This document shows, one piece after another, positions 12,483-22,569 of a stretch of 64,000 nt of DNA. Under the pieces are notes generated by a model. It saw nothing but the letters and a program-made list of their open reading frames with translations, was not told the DNA's origin and did no database searches. The position numbers and the translations under genes were made by a program. The DNA lies in NCBI GenBank assembly GCA_964019425.1, contig OZ025804.1, forward strand, positions 1 through 64,000. Direction: 5' to 3'. How positions within the stretch are numbered: position 1 is the stretch's first letter; every line of letters begins with the position of its first letter. Source of the DNA: Flectonema sp. DT1601. Taxonomy: Eukaryota.

Positions 12483-12541
12483 GCGAGCAACGCGAGCCTG
12501 GAAGGGGTATCTTTAGTGCGGGTTTGCGGGTTTGCGGGTTT
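12483..12541 (+). repeat. Hairpin + GTATCT(C/T)TAG + octamer-seed motif, copy A
   Basis: gcgagcaacgcgagc...gtatctttag|tgcgggtttgcgggtttgcgggttt. Confidence 0.85.
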
Positions 12542-12915
12542 CACTCGGATTTAATAAAATTTTCTTTATAGTAACTCAATCAAAGCCAGCCAAACCTGAA
12601 AGTAGAAAGAACAATATTCACCAGAGAATAACAGTGGAATAAAATAAGGTTTTTCTATATTATTACGAGGGCTTTTCCATATGTTTACAGGTATTGGGGA
12701 TTTTTTGGGTTCCAGGAAATTGGGCTACTGTGGGCTTTTTTATATTTTTCAGGAAATAATAACGGAGGTGACTTGGTTGTTAAATAAAGGTTGTTGAGAA
12801 AGCTAAAAATTGGTAACTTGCAATATGCCCCATACCCGCAAAACTGCAACACTATAACCTTGCCATCGCAAAGTAAAAACAAGTTTAAATAGAAAAACAA
12901 AAAATAAACAAGTTC

Positions 12916-12968
12916 GCACGAGCGAAGCGAGGCTGGGCGGGTATCTCTAGTGCGGGTTTGCGGGTTTG
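12916..12968 (+). repeat. Hairpin + GTATCTCTAG + octamer-seed motif, copy B
   Basis: cgagcgaagcgagg...gtatctctag|tgcgggtttgcgggtttg. Shares upstream tgacttggttgt..aaataa.ggtt with copy A. Confidence 0.85.
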
Positions 12969-13219
12969 AAGGATTTTTTTTCACAGGGAGGTTCCCCTGC
13001 TATTTATTTTTTTTTTTTGTTTGTTATTATTATTATTATTTTTATTTTTTTTTAAGAAAAACACTTTATTCCTTGCCTCATTACCATCACTTCACTTCCT
13101 TCTTTATCCTGTACTAGAAAAACGAGGATAAACAGTTTTTAGCATGTACAAGACTTAAAGAATCCCTTTACCATACAATATCTTCGATGGTAAGCTTTGC
13201 TGTTTAGGTTTTTAATCTA

Positions 13220-14422
13220 CTAATTAGGAAGGTAGCTACTGAAGTTTTCGTTCTCACTAATATTCCTGTTGTGTCGTGCATTCAAGTATCCGTGGAGTTC
13301 TTGAGGTTCAGGGTGCTGGATTTGAACAGTATAGTGATTGGTGCTCTTGTAAGTTGCATTGCGAAGGCTTCCTGAGAAATACGCTGCATTGGCATTGGCA
13401 TACAAAACGTGTAAGGTAGTCTGTTCTCTTGTGTTGTGATCACTATCATCCATAAAGAATGTAACACCACAGACATTCCCTCCCCCGCGAGCATCATACA
13501 TCTGATGGTGAATTGGATCCAAAATCAATCGATTGCTTGTATCTGCGCCTTCTTGGTGGGTGCAATTATCCTTAGACCATTCCTTAATATGCGCCCATTC
13601 TGCTCTGGCTACACCTTCTCCGAACATTTTCGGATTTATTGGTGTTTCTTTTTCGATTTCTTCGATGGTAAGCCTCGATGTACCTTCGGCAGTTGTATCA
13701 GAAGGCTCCGGTTCTATTACATCATTCCAGCTTGCACGGGAGAGAGGCTGCTCATAGCGGCTTGCAAAAACTTGAGAGCCAAGCTTTTTAGATGAACTTC
13801 GAACCTCAAAGTTTAATGGAAGGTCAGCTCTGTGCGATCTTTCTAGCATGTTCCTTGTATCGACTAACATCCTGCTTGCTTTCCCCTCAGTCCTAAAATG
13901 CAACATCACTCGCATAGATGTGCTCTTCGTAATTGCCTCGTTCTGTTCTGTTTGGTAACTAATGTCCAATGGTTCTGTAGCCAAATGACTTTCGGCAAGC
14001 CTAAGCATCGATTTACGCAAACCAATCATGGATGCCCCGTTTGGAATCAAGAAGTCAACTTTCCAGCCAACACGATCCCAGCCAGGCGATGCTGACATTT
14101 TCACATCGTTATTCGGGAGCTCTCCTTCTGCAAATCGCTTTCGACTTCCAGACGAGCTGAGATGAAGTCCTTCCAATTGTGCCGACACTGTACTCCCCTG
14201 TGTCAAAGTGGCCAGTCGTGCCCTGGCGTCTGCGATGTTCTCCATTAGTTGATCAATACGCAGCGCCTGTCTTGCATCTGAGATGCCTTGGTATGTTCCA
14301 TCCTTCAATTGGACATCAATGAGTTCCACCTGCCACTTCTCAATCTCCTCCTCGATTCTCAACTTCCCCTTCTCCGCAATTCCCTCGAACCCCCTAACAA
14401 GCTTCAATTCATCGTCTGACAT
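13220..14422 (-). CDS. Coiled-coil + HNH-type nuclease protein (Crinkler/RHS-effector-like), copy 1
   Basis: 400-aa ORF with AHI...NRLILDPIHHQMYD, matching the HNH_2-type AHI..N.L.L...H..FD pattern. Confidence 0.7.
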   Translation of the reverse strand: MSDDELKLVRGFEGIAEKGKLRIEEEIEKWQVELIDVQLKDGTYQGISDARQALRIDQLMENIADARARLATLTQGSTVSAQLEGLHLSSSGSRKRFAEGELPNNDVKMSASPGWDRVGWKVDFLIPNGASMIGLRKSMLRLAESHLATEPLDISYQTEQNEAITKSTSMRVMLHFRTEGKASRMLVDTRNMLERSHRADLPLNFEVRSSSKKLGSQVFASRYEQPLSRASWNDVIEPEPSDTTAEGTSRLTIEEIEKETPINPKMFGEGVARAEWAHIKEWSKDNCTHQEGADTSNRLILDPIHHQMYDARGGGNVCGVTFFMDDSDHNTREQTTLHVLYANANAAYFSGSLRNATYKSTNHYTVQIQHPEPQELHGYLNARHNRNISENENFSSYLPN

Positions 14423-15359
14423 GTTGTTCGGCTGGAAGAGGAAAAAATAGTGGATCGCGGATTAAGCATTTCTCATTAAACAACAAGGCATCATTCATAT
14501 TCCTTCATCCCATCTCTCTGGAATGCACTCGGGATTATCAGCACTAACAGCACAACGCAATTGTGTTCTCAAGGTCCGATTCAGCAGGAGAAATTGCCAT
14601 TGGTATTCTCAAGAATGCCTGCCACTCTTAACAAGTGCAACTCTTAAAGAAACCCTTCACCATACACATCGCTTTACACATGACATCTGCTTTCGTTGGA
14701 GCACCATTCGTTATTTTCACATTCGTACCTGTTATGACATTGTTAGAATTTATACTGGGTGTCGGCCTTTATATAAGAACATCTAATCTCCGATGTTTGT
14801 AATTGCTGTTGCTAAAGAAATAAGACTAAGAAAGGAAGTACTTAAGAAGGGGTGAGGGTGACCAAGTAATGGCGGTCGGCGACGGCCCGGCTACCATTTA
14901 AAAGAAATTTATTTAAAGGATGCAAAATTGCCTGGATAAAGGCAGATAGGCATAACGAATCAATCGCACAGCACTATATAAAATGATAAGACGGTAAACA
15001 TGATAAGATAGTAAACTGCGGCCGATCCCGGGAGATTCCCATATTGGTGTTAGGGTTTGCAGGTTTGCGGGTTTTTTTTGATTAGTGGGGAAGTGGAACC
15101 CCTTTTTTTATTTTTTTTTATTTTCTTGAAGATTACACAGGGAGTTTCCCCCATGTTACTTACTTTATTTTTATTTTTTTTTAAGATAACGTGTAAACAC
15201 TTTATTCCTTGCCTCATTGCCATCACTTCACTTCTTTCTTTATCCTGTACTCGAAAAGAGAAAAACGAGGATAAACTGTTTTTAGCATGTACAAGACTTA
15301 AAGAATCCCTTTACCATACAATATCTTCGATGGTAAGCTTTGCTGTTTAGGTTTTTAAT

Positions 15360-16568
15360 CTACAAATTAGGAAGGTAGCTACTGAAGTTTTCGTTCTCAC
15401 TAATATTCCTGTTGTGTCGTGCATTCAAGTATCCGTGGAGTTCTTGAGGTTCAGGGTGCTGGATTTGAACAGTATAGTGATTGGTGCTCTTGTAAGTTGC
15501 ATTGCGAAGGCTTCCTGAGAAATACGCTGCATTGGCATTGGCATACAAAACGTGTAAGGTAGTCTGTTCTCTTGTGTTGTGATCACTATCATCCATAAAG
15601 AATGTAACACCACAGACATTCCCTCCCCCGCGAGCATCATACATCTGATGGTGAATTGGATCCAAAATCAATCGATTGCTTGGATCTGCGCCTTCTTGGT
15701 GGGTGCAATTATCCTTAGACCATTCCTTAATATGCGCCCATTCTGCTCTGGCTACACCTTCTCCGAACATTTTCGGATTTATTGGTGTTTCTTTTTCGAT
15801 TTCTTCGATGGTAAGCCTCGATGTACCTTCGGCAGTTGTATCAGAAGGCTCCGGTTCTATTACATCATTCCAGCTTGCACGGGAGAGAGGCTGCTCATAG
15901 CGGCTTGCAAAAACTTGAGAGCCAAGCTTTTTAGATGAACTTCGAACCTCAAAGTTTAATGGAAGGTCAGCTCTGTACGATCTTTCTAGCATGTTCCTTG
16001 TATCAACTAACATCCTGCTTGCTTCAGCCCGATCTGTGAAATGCAACATCACTCGCATAGATGTGCTCTTCGTAATTGCCTCGTTCTGTTTTGTTTGGTA
16101 ACTAATGTCCAATGGTTCTGTAGCCAAATGACTTTCGGCAAGCCTAAACATCGATTTCCGCAAACCAATCATGGATGCCCCGTTTGGAATCAAGAAGTCA
16201 ATTTTCCAGCCATCACGATCCCGGCCAGGCGATGCTGACATTTTCACATCGTTATTCGGGAGCTCTCCTTCTGCAAATCGCTTTCGACTTCCAGGCGAGC
16301 TGAGATGAAGTCCTTCCAATTGTGCCGACACTGTACTCCCCTGTGTCAAAGTGACCAGTCGTGCCCTGGCGTCTGCGATGTTCTCCTTGCACTGGTTCAT
16401 GCGATATTCTTGCTTTTCATCAGATATCCCAGCATGGTCGCCCTCCTTGAATGCGATCTTCTCCAGTTCCCCCTGCCACTCCTTGATCTCCTGCTTCAAC
16501 ACCGACTTCTCCTTCTCCGCAACAGCCTGGACAAGCTCCATAACAAGCTTCAATTCATCGCTTGACAT
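15360..16568 (-). CDS. Coiled-coil + HNH-type nuclease protein, copy 2 (tandem duplicate)
   Basis: 402-aa ORF, near-identical to copy 1 after about residue 70. Flanks 14423-14786 and 16569-16934 are also duplicated. Confidence 0.7.
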   Translation of the reverse strand: MSSDELKLVMELVQAVAEKEKSVLKQEIKEWQGELEKIAFKEGDHAGISDEKQEYRMNQCKENIADARARLVTLTQGSTVSAQLEGLHLSSPGSRKRFAEGELPNNDVKMSASPGRDRDGWKIDFLIPNGASMIGLRKSMFRLAESHLATEPLDISYQTKQNEAITKSTSMRVMLHFTDRAEASRMLVDTRNMLERSYRADLPLNFEVRSSSKKLGSQVFASRYEQPLSRASWNDVIEPEPSDTTAEGTSRLTIEEIEKETPINPKMFGEGVARAEWAHIKEWSKDNCTHQEGADPSNRLILDPIHHQMYDARGGGNVCGVTFFMDDSDHNTREQTTLHVLYANANAAYFSGSLRNATYKSTNHYTVQIQHPEPQELHGYLNARHNRNISENENFSSYLPNL

Positions 16569-16949
16569 GTTGTTCGGCTGGAAGAGGAAAAAATAGTGGA
16601 TCGCGGATTAAGCATTTCTCATTAAACAACAAGGCATCATTCATATTCCTTCATTCCATCTCTCTCTGTAATGCACTCGGGATTATCAGCACTAACAGCA
16701 CAACGCAATTGTGTTCTCAAGGTCCGATTCAGAAGGAGAAATTGCCATTGGTATTCTCAAGAATGCCTGCCACTCTTAACAAGTGCAACTCTTAAAGAAA
16801 CCCTTCACCATACACATCGCTTTACACATTACATCTGCTTTCGTTGGAGCACCATTCGTTATTTTCACATTCGTACCTGTTATGACATTGTTAGAATTTA
16901 TGCTGGGTGTCGGCCTTTATATAAGAACATCTAACTTAATTTAACAAAA

Positions 16950-17260
16950 TTATCTTCCAAGCTTACGATAAAGCCAAACGGTGTATCTTTCAAGCGGCTG
17001 AACATCTCGTTGAACTGCGACTTCTGCAGATCCTATCCAACACTTCTGAACAATTGTGTACGCTCCTTGTGAGTTTACATTAAATAATATTAGTACAGAT
17101 ATGTTGTCGCGAATAGTTTTCGTTATCCTGAAATAGCTCTGTGCGATGTAGAACACTGGTATTAAAATGCCTCCCCCTGGAGAAGAGATTCACGAACTTC
17201 GACTGCGACTTCTCCAACATGATGTCATCCGGGAAAGCCCCTTTATTTCCGCTTTATTTA
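16950..17260 (-). pseudogene. Fragment of an A32/FtsK-HerA-type packaging ATPase (Polinton/virophage/PLV-like)
   Basis: Minus strand reads DDIMLEKSQSKFVNLFSRGRHFNTSV, then after a frameshift FYIAQSYFRITKTIRDNISVLILF. This gives Walker B, the RGRH arginine motif and the QSY..IR.N motif. Walker A was not found. Confidence 0.7.
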
Positions 17261-17921
17261 TTAAATCCCAAGGCACCCACCACGCTGCGTCATCCTAAGC
17301 CGGAAAGGAAAATTACTCGAAAGTCGGGGCAGTTCGAACGTCAGCATTCACATCAGCAAGCAGGTTTGGTAGTCCTGAGTACTTAAAGAACCCAACCATT
17401 ACGTGCATCAGTCATAGTCACACTTAGTATAGCGTTAGTACAGAGGACACGGATCTGCTATGCAGGGAAGTGACTTGAACTTGTTCAACAAATTGATGTG
17501 CGTAAATATAAGCGCCGCGAATTGACGGGTCTGAAGTTATGCTTTCCACCACCCACGCGAGTGTTATTTTGACGTTTCATTTAACTGAACCTGTAGAAAG
17601 AATACAATAATCTGAACAACATCAACAAACGTTTTGAGGCACATCAATTATTAGGGAAGTGGAACCCTTTTTTTGTATTTTTTTTTTATTTTTTTTCACA
17701 GGGAGGTCCCCCTGCTATTTATTTTTTTTTTGTTTGTTATTATTATTATTATTTTTATTTTTGGTGAAATAAGTAACCGACTGGAGACACTGGAGGGACT
17801 GTTAGCTGGGAAGGGGTCACATGGCACAGCTTATTGTTTTTTTTTTTACTTTTTTGTTTTTTTTTTTTTTTTTTTCGCCGAAGCGAAGTTTAATTCAGAA
17901 AAACAAAAAATAAAGAACTTT

Positions 17922-17968
17922 GCGTGAGCGAAGCCAGCCTAGACAGTATCAAGTGCGGGTTTGCGGGT
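17922..17968 (+). repeat. Hairpin + GTATC..AG + octamer-seed motif, copy C
   Basis: gcgtgagcgaagccagcc...gtatcaag|tgcgggtttgcgggt. Confidence 0.8.
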
Positions 17969-18309
17969 AATTGTCCTTCCATACTTTGCACCTGCCTGAT
18001 TCAAGGGTAAGTGAAGTCCAATTTCGTAAGACTGGAGTGAGGAGGGTGGGCTTCGAAAACGTGAGTGTGAGAGAAAGAGTGATCGAGCTGTATAAAGAAT
18101 TTCTTTAAAAATAGAAAGCTAAAGAAAATATAAAAATGTCTCTGTTGTTTTGTTCATTTTTCCAACTTTGGAATCATACACTTTCCTGCCTGATACCTTT
18201 GATTCTTTCTCTGCAGTGTCTACTCTAAGTTTGGTGGAAAATTACCTCCGGATTTTTTAATTTAAAACCTGGCATATTAATACATTCAGAGAAATAAAAA
18301 GAAAAATAA

Positions 18310-18356
18310 CGTGAGCGAAGCGAGCCGACAGGTATCTCTAGTGCAGGTTTGCAGGT
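18310..18356 (+). repeat. Hairpin + GTATCTCTAG + octamer-seed motif, copy D
   Basis: cgtgagcgaagcgagcc...gtatctctag|tgcaggtttgcaggt. Confidence 0.8.
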
Positions 18357-18856
18357 ATAACAAAGTATTCATAAAGGTTACTCTCTCACCACAGTGGTGC
18401 TGAATTCTTTCCAAAACAAAGACGTTTACATGACCGTCCTACAGTCAAACTTATGTCTGCAATGTGTGTGACAATTCTACCTGGGATGGGAATAAGTATT
18501 AATAAGGTTATCGTTCATTTTTTAGTTTGTTCATTATCACTTTCTTCTATTCAGCAGAGTGGAAATGTGGCTTGCCCCTTCTGTTTCACTGCCTCGCCTG
18601 CGATGTTTCAGGCCTTTGCCTTCAAAAAGTACGTTTCTATTTTTTTCTTTTTCTTCTTCTTTATGTGGCAGTAGTAAATGAACTCTGAGTTCAGAAGGTG
18701 GAAGTTGTTTTGAATGTGGTAAGGTAGAAATGTGGAATGCTGTTGGGATCTAGTCGGGGGGATAACTTGATACTAATATTAAATGGAAAGCAACTTGAAA
18801 CTGGCAAAAACGAGAATAGGGTTCGGCCAAACCTGGTTGCAATATAAGAAATCAAC

Positions 18857-18929
18857 AGCTGTCGAATATGGGGATTCGGGGGCCACTACTACAGGTTGAG
18901 CGCCCCATGCCCTGTAGCCCGTTACAGCT
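18857..18929 (-). ncRNA. Putative structured RNA motif (pseudoknot), copy 1
   Basis: AGCUGU/ACAGCU closing stem, CUACAGG/CCUGUAG stem, loop GGGGC pairing with downstream GCCCC, CGAAU/AUUCG hairpin. Confidence 0.6.
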
Positions 18930-19172
18930 TAAAATAGTATTCCTTCACACTTCAAAGGTAAATAAATATTAAAGGAAAATTAAAAAAAGGGAAAACTATT
19001 TTTGCAAAAATAATAAAGGAAATAAAGAATAAAAATAAAATATAAATGATTTCTGGTTCGTAGCACTACCAGTGGATCTCGCAATACTTTGCTGCGAGTG
19101 ATAATTAACTACGTTTGCTTTGCTCTCGAAAGACTGTGCAGTGAGTTTTGGTGTGATCTTAAGCCTTGTAAA

Positions 19173-19571
19173 TTAAATTCTTCCAGCCTGAGATTCCGTG
19201 GCACCACACGCAGTGCAAACGAATAATCCCAAACAACTTAAACAAACATCATAATCACAGTCTTTTTGTCTACATTGGAATGCAAGATTATAAGTGGTTT
19301 GCGGCATGTTGCGGTCACAGATGTTACAGTACATATTACTACTTACCTTCGCAAATTTCAGGTTGTGCCTTGCTGGACATAAGTGAAGCTCTTCTCTAAA
19401 AATTAGAATGTCTGAATCTTCTAATAAATTAATAAGTACATCCACAACTAACTCTTCATCAATTGTATTAGAACTTGAGGAAGTAGTTGAGGAAGATGAA
19501 TCGGACGAGGTCACAGATACGGTTTCTGAGGTTAAATCTGAGCAACTTGACATTGTTGTAGCTGCTTTCAT
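19173..19571 (-). CDS. Small Ser-rich protein with ZZ/C1-like zinc finger (possibly a fragment)
   Basis: CPARH...CNIC...C...CDYDVCLSC pattern. Confidence 0.5.
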   Translation of the reverse strand: MKAATTMSSCSDLTSETVSVTSSDSSSSTTSSSSNTIDEELVVDVLINLLEDSDILIFREELHLCPARHNLKFAKVSSNMYCNICDRNMPQTTYNLAFQCRQKDCDYDVCLSCLGLFVCTACGATESQAGRI

Positions 19572-20326
19572 TTTGATCTCATCGAAGTACCAGTTAATTA
19601 TGATGTTTACATATAGTGCTCAGAAGTAGTATGGTACGCCATTACACCGAGCGTACCCCAAAAATATGTATCTTGTGTACTGGCTGGGGAAATCCATCGT
19701 AAACTTTTTTCCTGCACGCTATTAATAGTGATTAGTATTAAAGAACAACCCATTTCATCTAAGAAAGCTTTAAAATACAACAATGACCAAAACATATGAG
19801 AGCCATCCCTTGCAGACAAAGTCATAAGTTTTGCAGGCAGAACAGACAAACCATACAGGTTGGCACTAGCGTGGTTTTATTATAAAAAGCAATTCAGCCA
19901 CATAGGATGAAAGCAGTTAGACGGATTATCATAAAAACCAGTCCAATCACACAGGCTGGCCAGGCTAGAAAAACACCAGAAACGTTCTGAGCTATAAGGG
20001 GTAGTGGGTGGAATAATTAAGTGGTTTCTTTTAGTCGCAGTATTAAACCTGAGAATACACTCTGTCTGTGCTTCCAGACTCTTTGTTTTTTTTGTTCTCT
20101 TCACTTCTATGTTTGTCTTTCTTTTATACATTCTTTTAACTTAAGTCTGACAATTAAAAAAAAAAGTTGCATCGCAATTTTTTTATTTATTATTTATTGT
20201 GTGTTGCTATCTTAGGATGAAAATAAGGGTTATCGTGCATTAGCTTTTTCCGTCCCGCTCAGTGTTCCAAAAACGAAAATGTGAGAGAATAACTTCCGTA
20301 TGTGCGGGTTTGCGGGTGACTGTTGT

Positions 20327-22252
20327 CTACTTCGGCCTCTTGATGAGCTGGGATTCTTCGTGGGATGCTTTCCGCTTCATTGCAGCTGGCGGCTTCAGTT
20401 CACTCCTCGGCCAGAAAGCAGCGAACGGTCCGAAGTAATCATTGAAATTCGAACGATGCACAAGTCCAACGAGTTTCCCTTTTAATAAAGATTTCCAGCT
20501 ACTGGGAAACTCAGCCTGGGTGGAGAATATCAGAACATCGTTATCCCCCACTGCTTTATGTATCTCCGACTTAGCAAAATCCAGAAATGTTTCGTCCGAC
20601 TTAGGAAAAACGGTCTTCAAATACAACTTCTGCTGATAGACTTCAGTGAAGATTTCACCCTGCGAGCTGGTCAGAGGGATAAAGCTGTCGCCTGCAGATG
20701 CAGCTTTTGCATTGATCACAATGGACTTTCCATCTTTGATGTCAACTTCCTTGCTCTCGAGTTTGATATTCCAACTACCGGCCTGGGACTCCTTTTTGAT
20801 TTCCTCAGCCTTCGATTCGCTCTTCGTTGAGATTTTGAATTTACTTTGTAGAACACGCGTGACTAGAACATTATTGAACGTCGGTGGGTTGGAGTCGTCA
20901 GCCCAAAGCATCCCTTTGTGGAAGTCCTTGAGGCTCATAGTCTCACCACCATTCTTATGTACCCTCGACAGAAACATTCGGAACCATGCCCCGAACTGCT
21001 CCCACTGTACTTCACTAACTGGTGTCGCCCCTTGCCAACCTTGCAGAATGTGCCCGTTTTTCTGCTTTTTATTCATGAGTAACCAGATCGGTGCAATTAT
21101 CAGTTTCTGGTTCTCAATTCTGAGAAGCCCATGCTGAGTGAAGGTACTCACATGAAGCTGCTTGTCCTCCCCAACTGGAATGTTAGCATCGTCTCGTCCT
21201 GGGATAAGCGTATCTCTCAGGAAGCAGGCCTTTAATAAGGCGGTCACATGATCAGACTCGAATCCCCCGAATCCCGATTTATTCGAACTCAGCTGTTCAG
21301 CAACTTCACTGTAGAGTTGGATATCAGTCATAGATTGCTCCGTATTGTTCGCAATGATATTCATCAAAACCTCCACGGCCCTGCCATGTCCCCCCATGAC
21401 GCTGAGCTGTTCCTGGGTGATTCGGATTTGTTTCCCGTTTACCAATGGGACAGTAATTAGCTTTGGCAGAGGAATCCATGCTTTCTCGGTGCTGGATTGC
21501 TTTAGAGCTTCGATAGCCGTAATACTTGCAGTGCAGGAACACAGCGGGAAGATGAAATGCCTCCGACGTTGGCACAAAATGTAATCGCCGCTCACAACGT
21601 TGCAAAGAAATATGCGGAGAGGGTCGTCTTCAGGTAGTTTCATGGGTTTCCCAGCCAAGTTATGCACGCCATCAATCATCAGTAACACAGCTGATGGCTT
21701 GTCGTTGTCTTTTGCCAGGTAATCCAGTACATCACCAAGGGTCAGCCCTTGATTTCCATTAGCGATCTCGAATTGACTATAACTGATAGTCTGATCAGAA
21801 AGGTAGTAAAGGATCCGCAGCGGGACTTGCTCACGAGTATTCAATTTCTTGTCCACCGGTGTGCTATTCTCAAAGGTTACTTGGAACACCAACACTTGGC
21901 TGAATGTCTTGGAATCTTCCGCCAGTTTCTTCAGCATCTTCGGCGCTTCCTGAAGCGCCCGACTCTTGCCCTCGCCAATGCCACAAACAAGAAGGGGTAC
22001 AGGACTGCTATTCTTATCTAAATTCTCCTTGCTGTTAAACTTATTTAGGTTGTTACCGAATGTCTTACAAAGCTCTTTTTTGAATCCCCCATTCTCTTGA
22101 TAGTCCCATTTCGATCCAGTTGAAGAAACAAGAACATGAGGGTTCGATAATTTCTTCCGCAAGTCTTCTTCACTAACTTTGTTCAAAATATCCGCAACGA
22201 TTTCACGGGGTTTTTTCTGTGTGTGGATTGGTTTTTTTATTGAACGAAGGGC
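20327..22252 (-). CDS. Crinkler/RHS-type P-loop NTPase + restriction-endonuclease-fold protein; upstream exon(s) apparently lost
   Basis: Walker A GIGEGKS, VTFENST, Walker B LLMIDG, GGHGRA helix, C-terminal N..A.AGD...Q.K REase pattern. The ORF-track N-terminus (22253-22468) runs through an intron-like tract and a dispersed repeat. Confidence 0.75.
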   Translation of the reverse strand, partial: ALRSIKKPIHTQKKPREIVADILNKVSEEDLRKKLSNPHVLVSSTGSKWDYQENGGFKKELCKTFGNNLNKFNSKENLDKNSSPVPLLVCGIGEGKSRALQEAPKMLKKLAEDSKTFSQVLVFQVTFENSTPVDKKLNTREQVPLRILYYLSDQTISYSQFEIANGNQGLTLGDVLDYLAKDNDKPSAVLLMIDGVHNLAGKPMKLPEDDPLRIFLCNVVSGDYILCQRRRHFIFPLCSCTASITAIEALKQSSTEKAWIPLPKLITVPLVNGKQIRITQEQLSVMGGHGRAVEVLMNIIANNTEQSMTDIQLYSEVAEQLSSNKSGFGGFESDHVTALLKACFLRDTLIPGRDDANIPVGEDKQLHVSTFTQHGLLRIENQKLIIAPIWLLMNKKQKNGHILQGWQGATPVSEVQWEQFGAWFRMFLSRVHKNGGETMSLKDFHKGMLWADDSNPPTFNNVLVTRVLQSKFKISTKSESKAEEIKKESQAGSWNIKLESKEVDIKDGKSIVINAKAASAGDSFIPLTSSQGEIFTEVYQQKLYLKTVFPKSDETFLDFAKSEIHKAVGDNDVLIFSTQAEFPSSWKSLLKGKLVGLVHRSNFNDYFGPFAAFWPRSELKPPAAMKRKASHEESQLIKRPK

Positions 22253-22385
22253 TGTCGGTGACCAATACAAAAAAAGGTCGGACCGATCAGGCAGGTTTAC
22301 CCCGAAACAAATTAGACATGAATCATTATAACTGGATCCTGTACACAAAATCGCATGCTTTAAATAAACTACCAGAGAAAGAAAT

Positions 22386-22459
22386 GCTGTCAAGTCAAAT
22401 TGACCCAGGGACCACGCACTACAGGTTGAGCATCCCATGCCCTGCAGGTCGTTACAGCT
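22386..22459 (-). ncRNA. Putative structured RNA motif, copy 2
   Basis: Same fold as copy 1 with GGGAU/GUCCC pseudoknot pairing. Flank 22310-22385 is shared with 40855-40922. Confidence 0.6.
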
Positions 22460-22569
22460 TGAAAACATTAATGCATTAATGGGAAACCAATAAAAATTAT
22501 CTGGGTGGGTAGTAACGGGATGAGAAAAAAAGAAAAGAAAAATACATTACAAGAATTTGGGAGGGGGTG

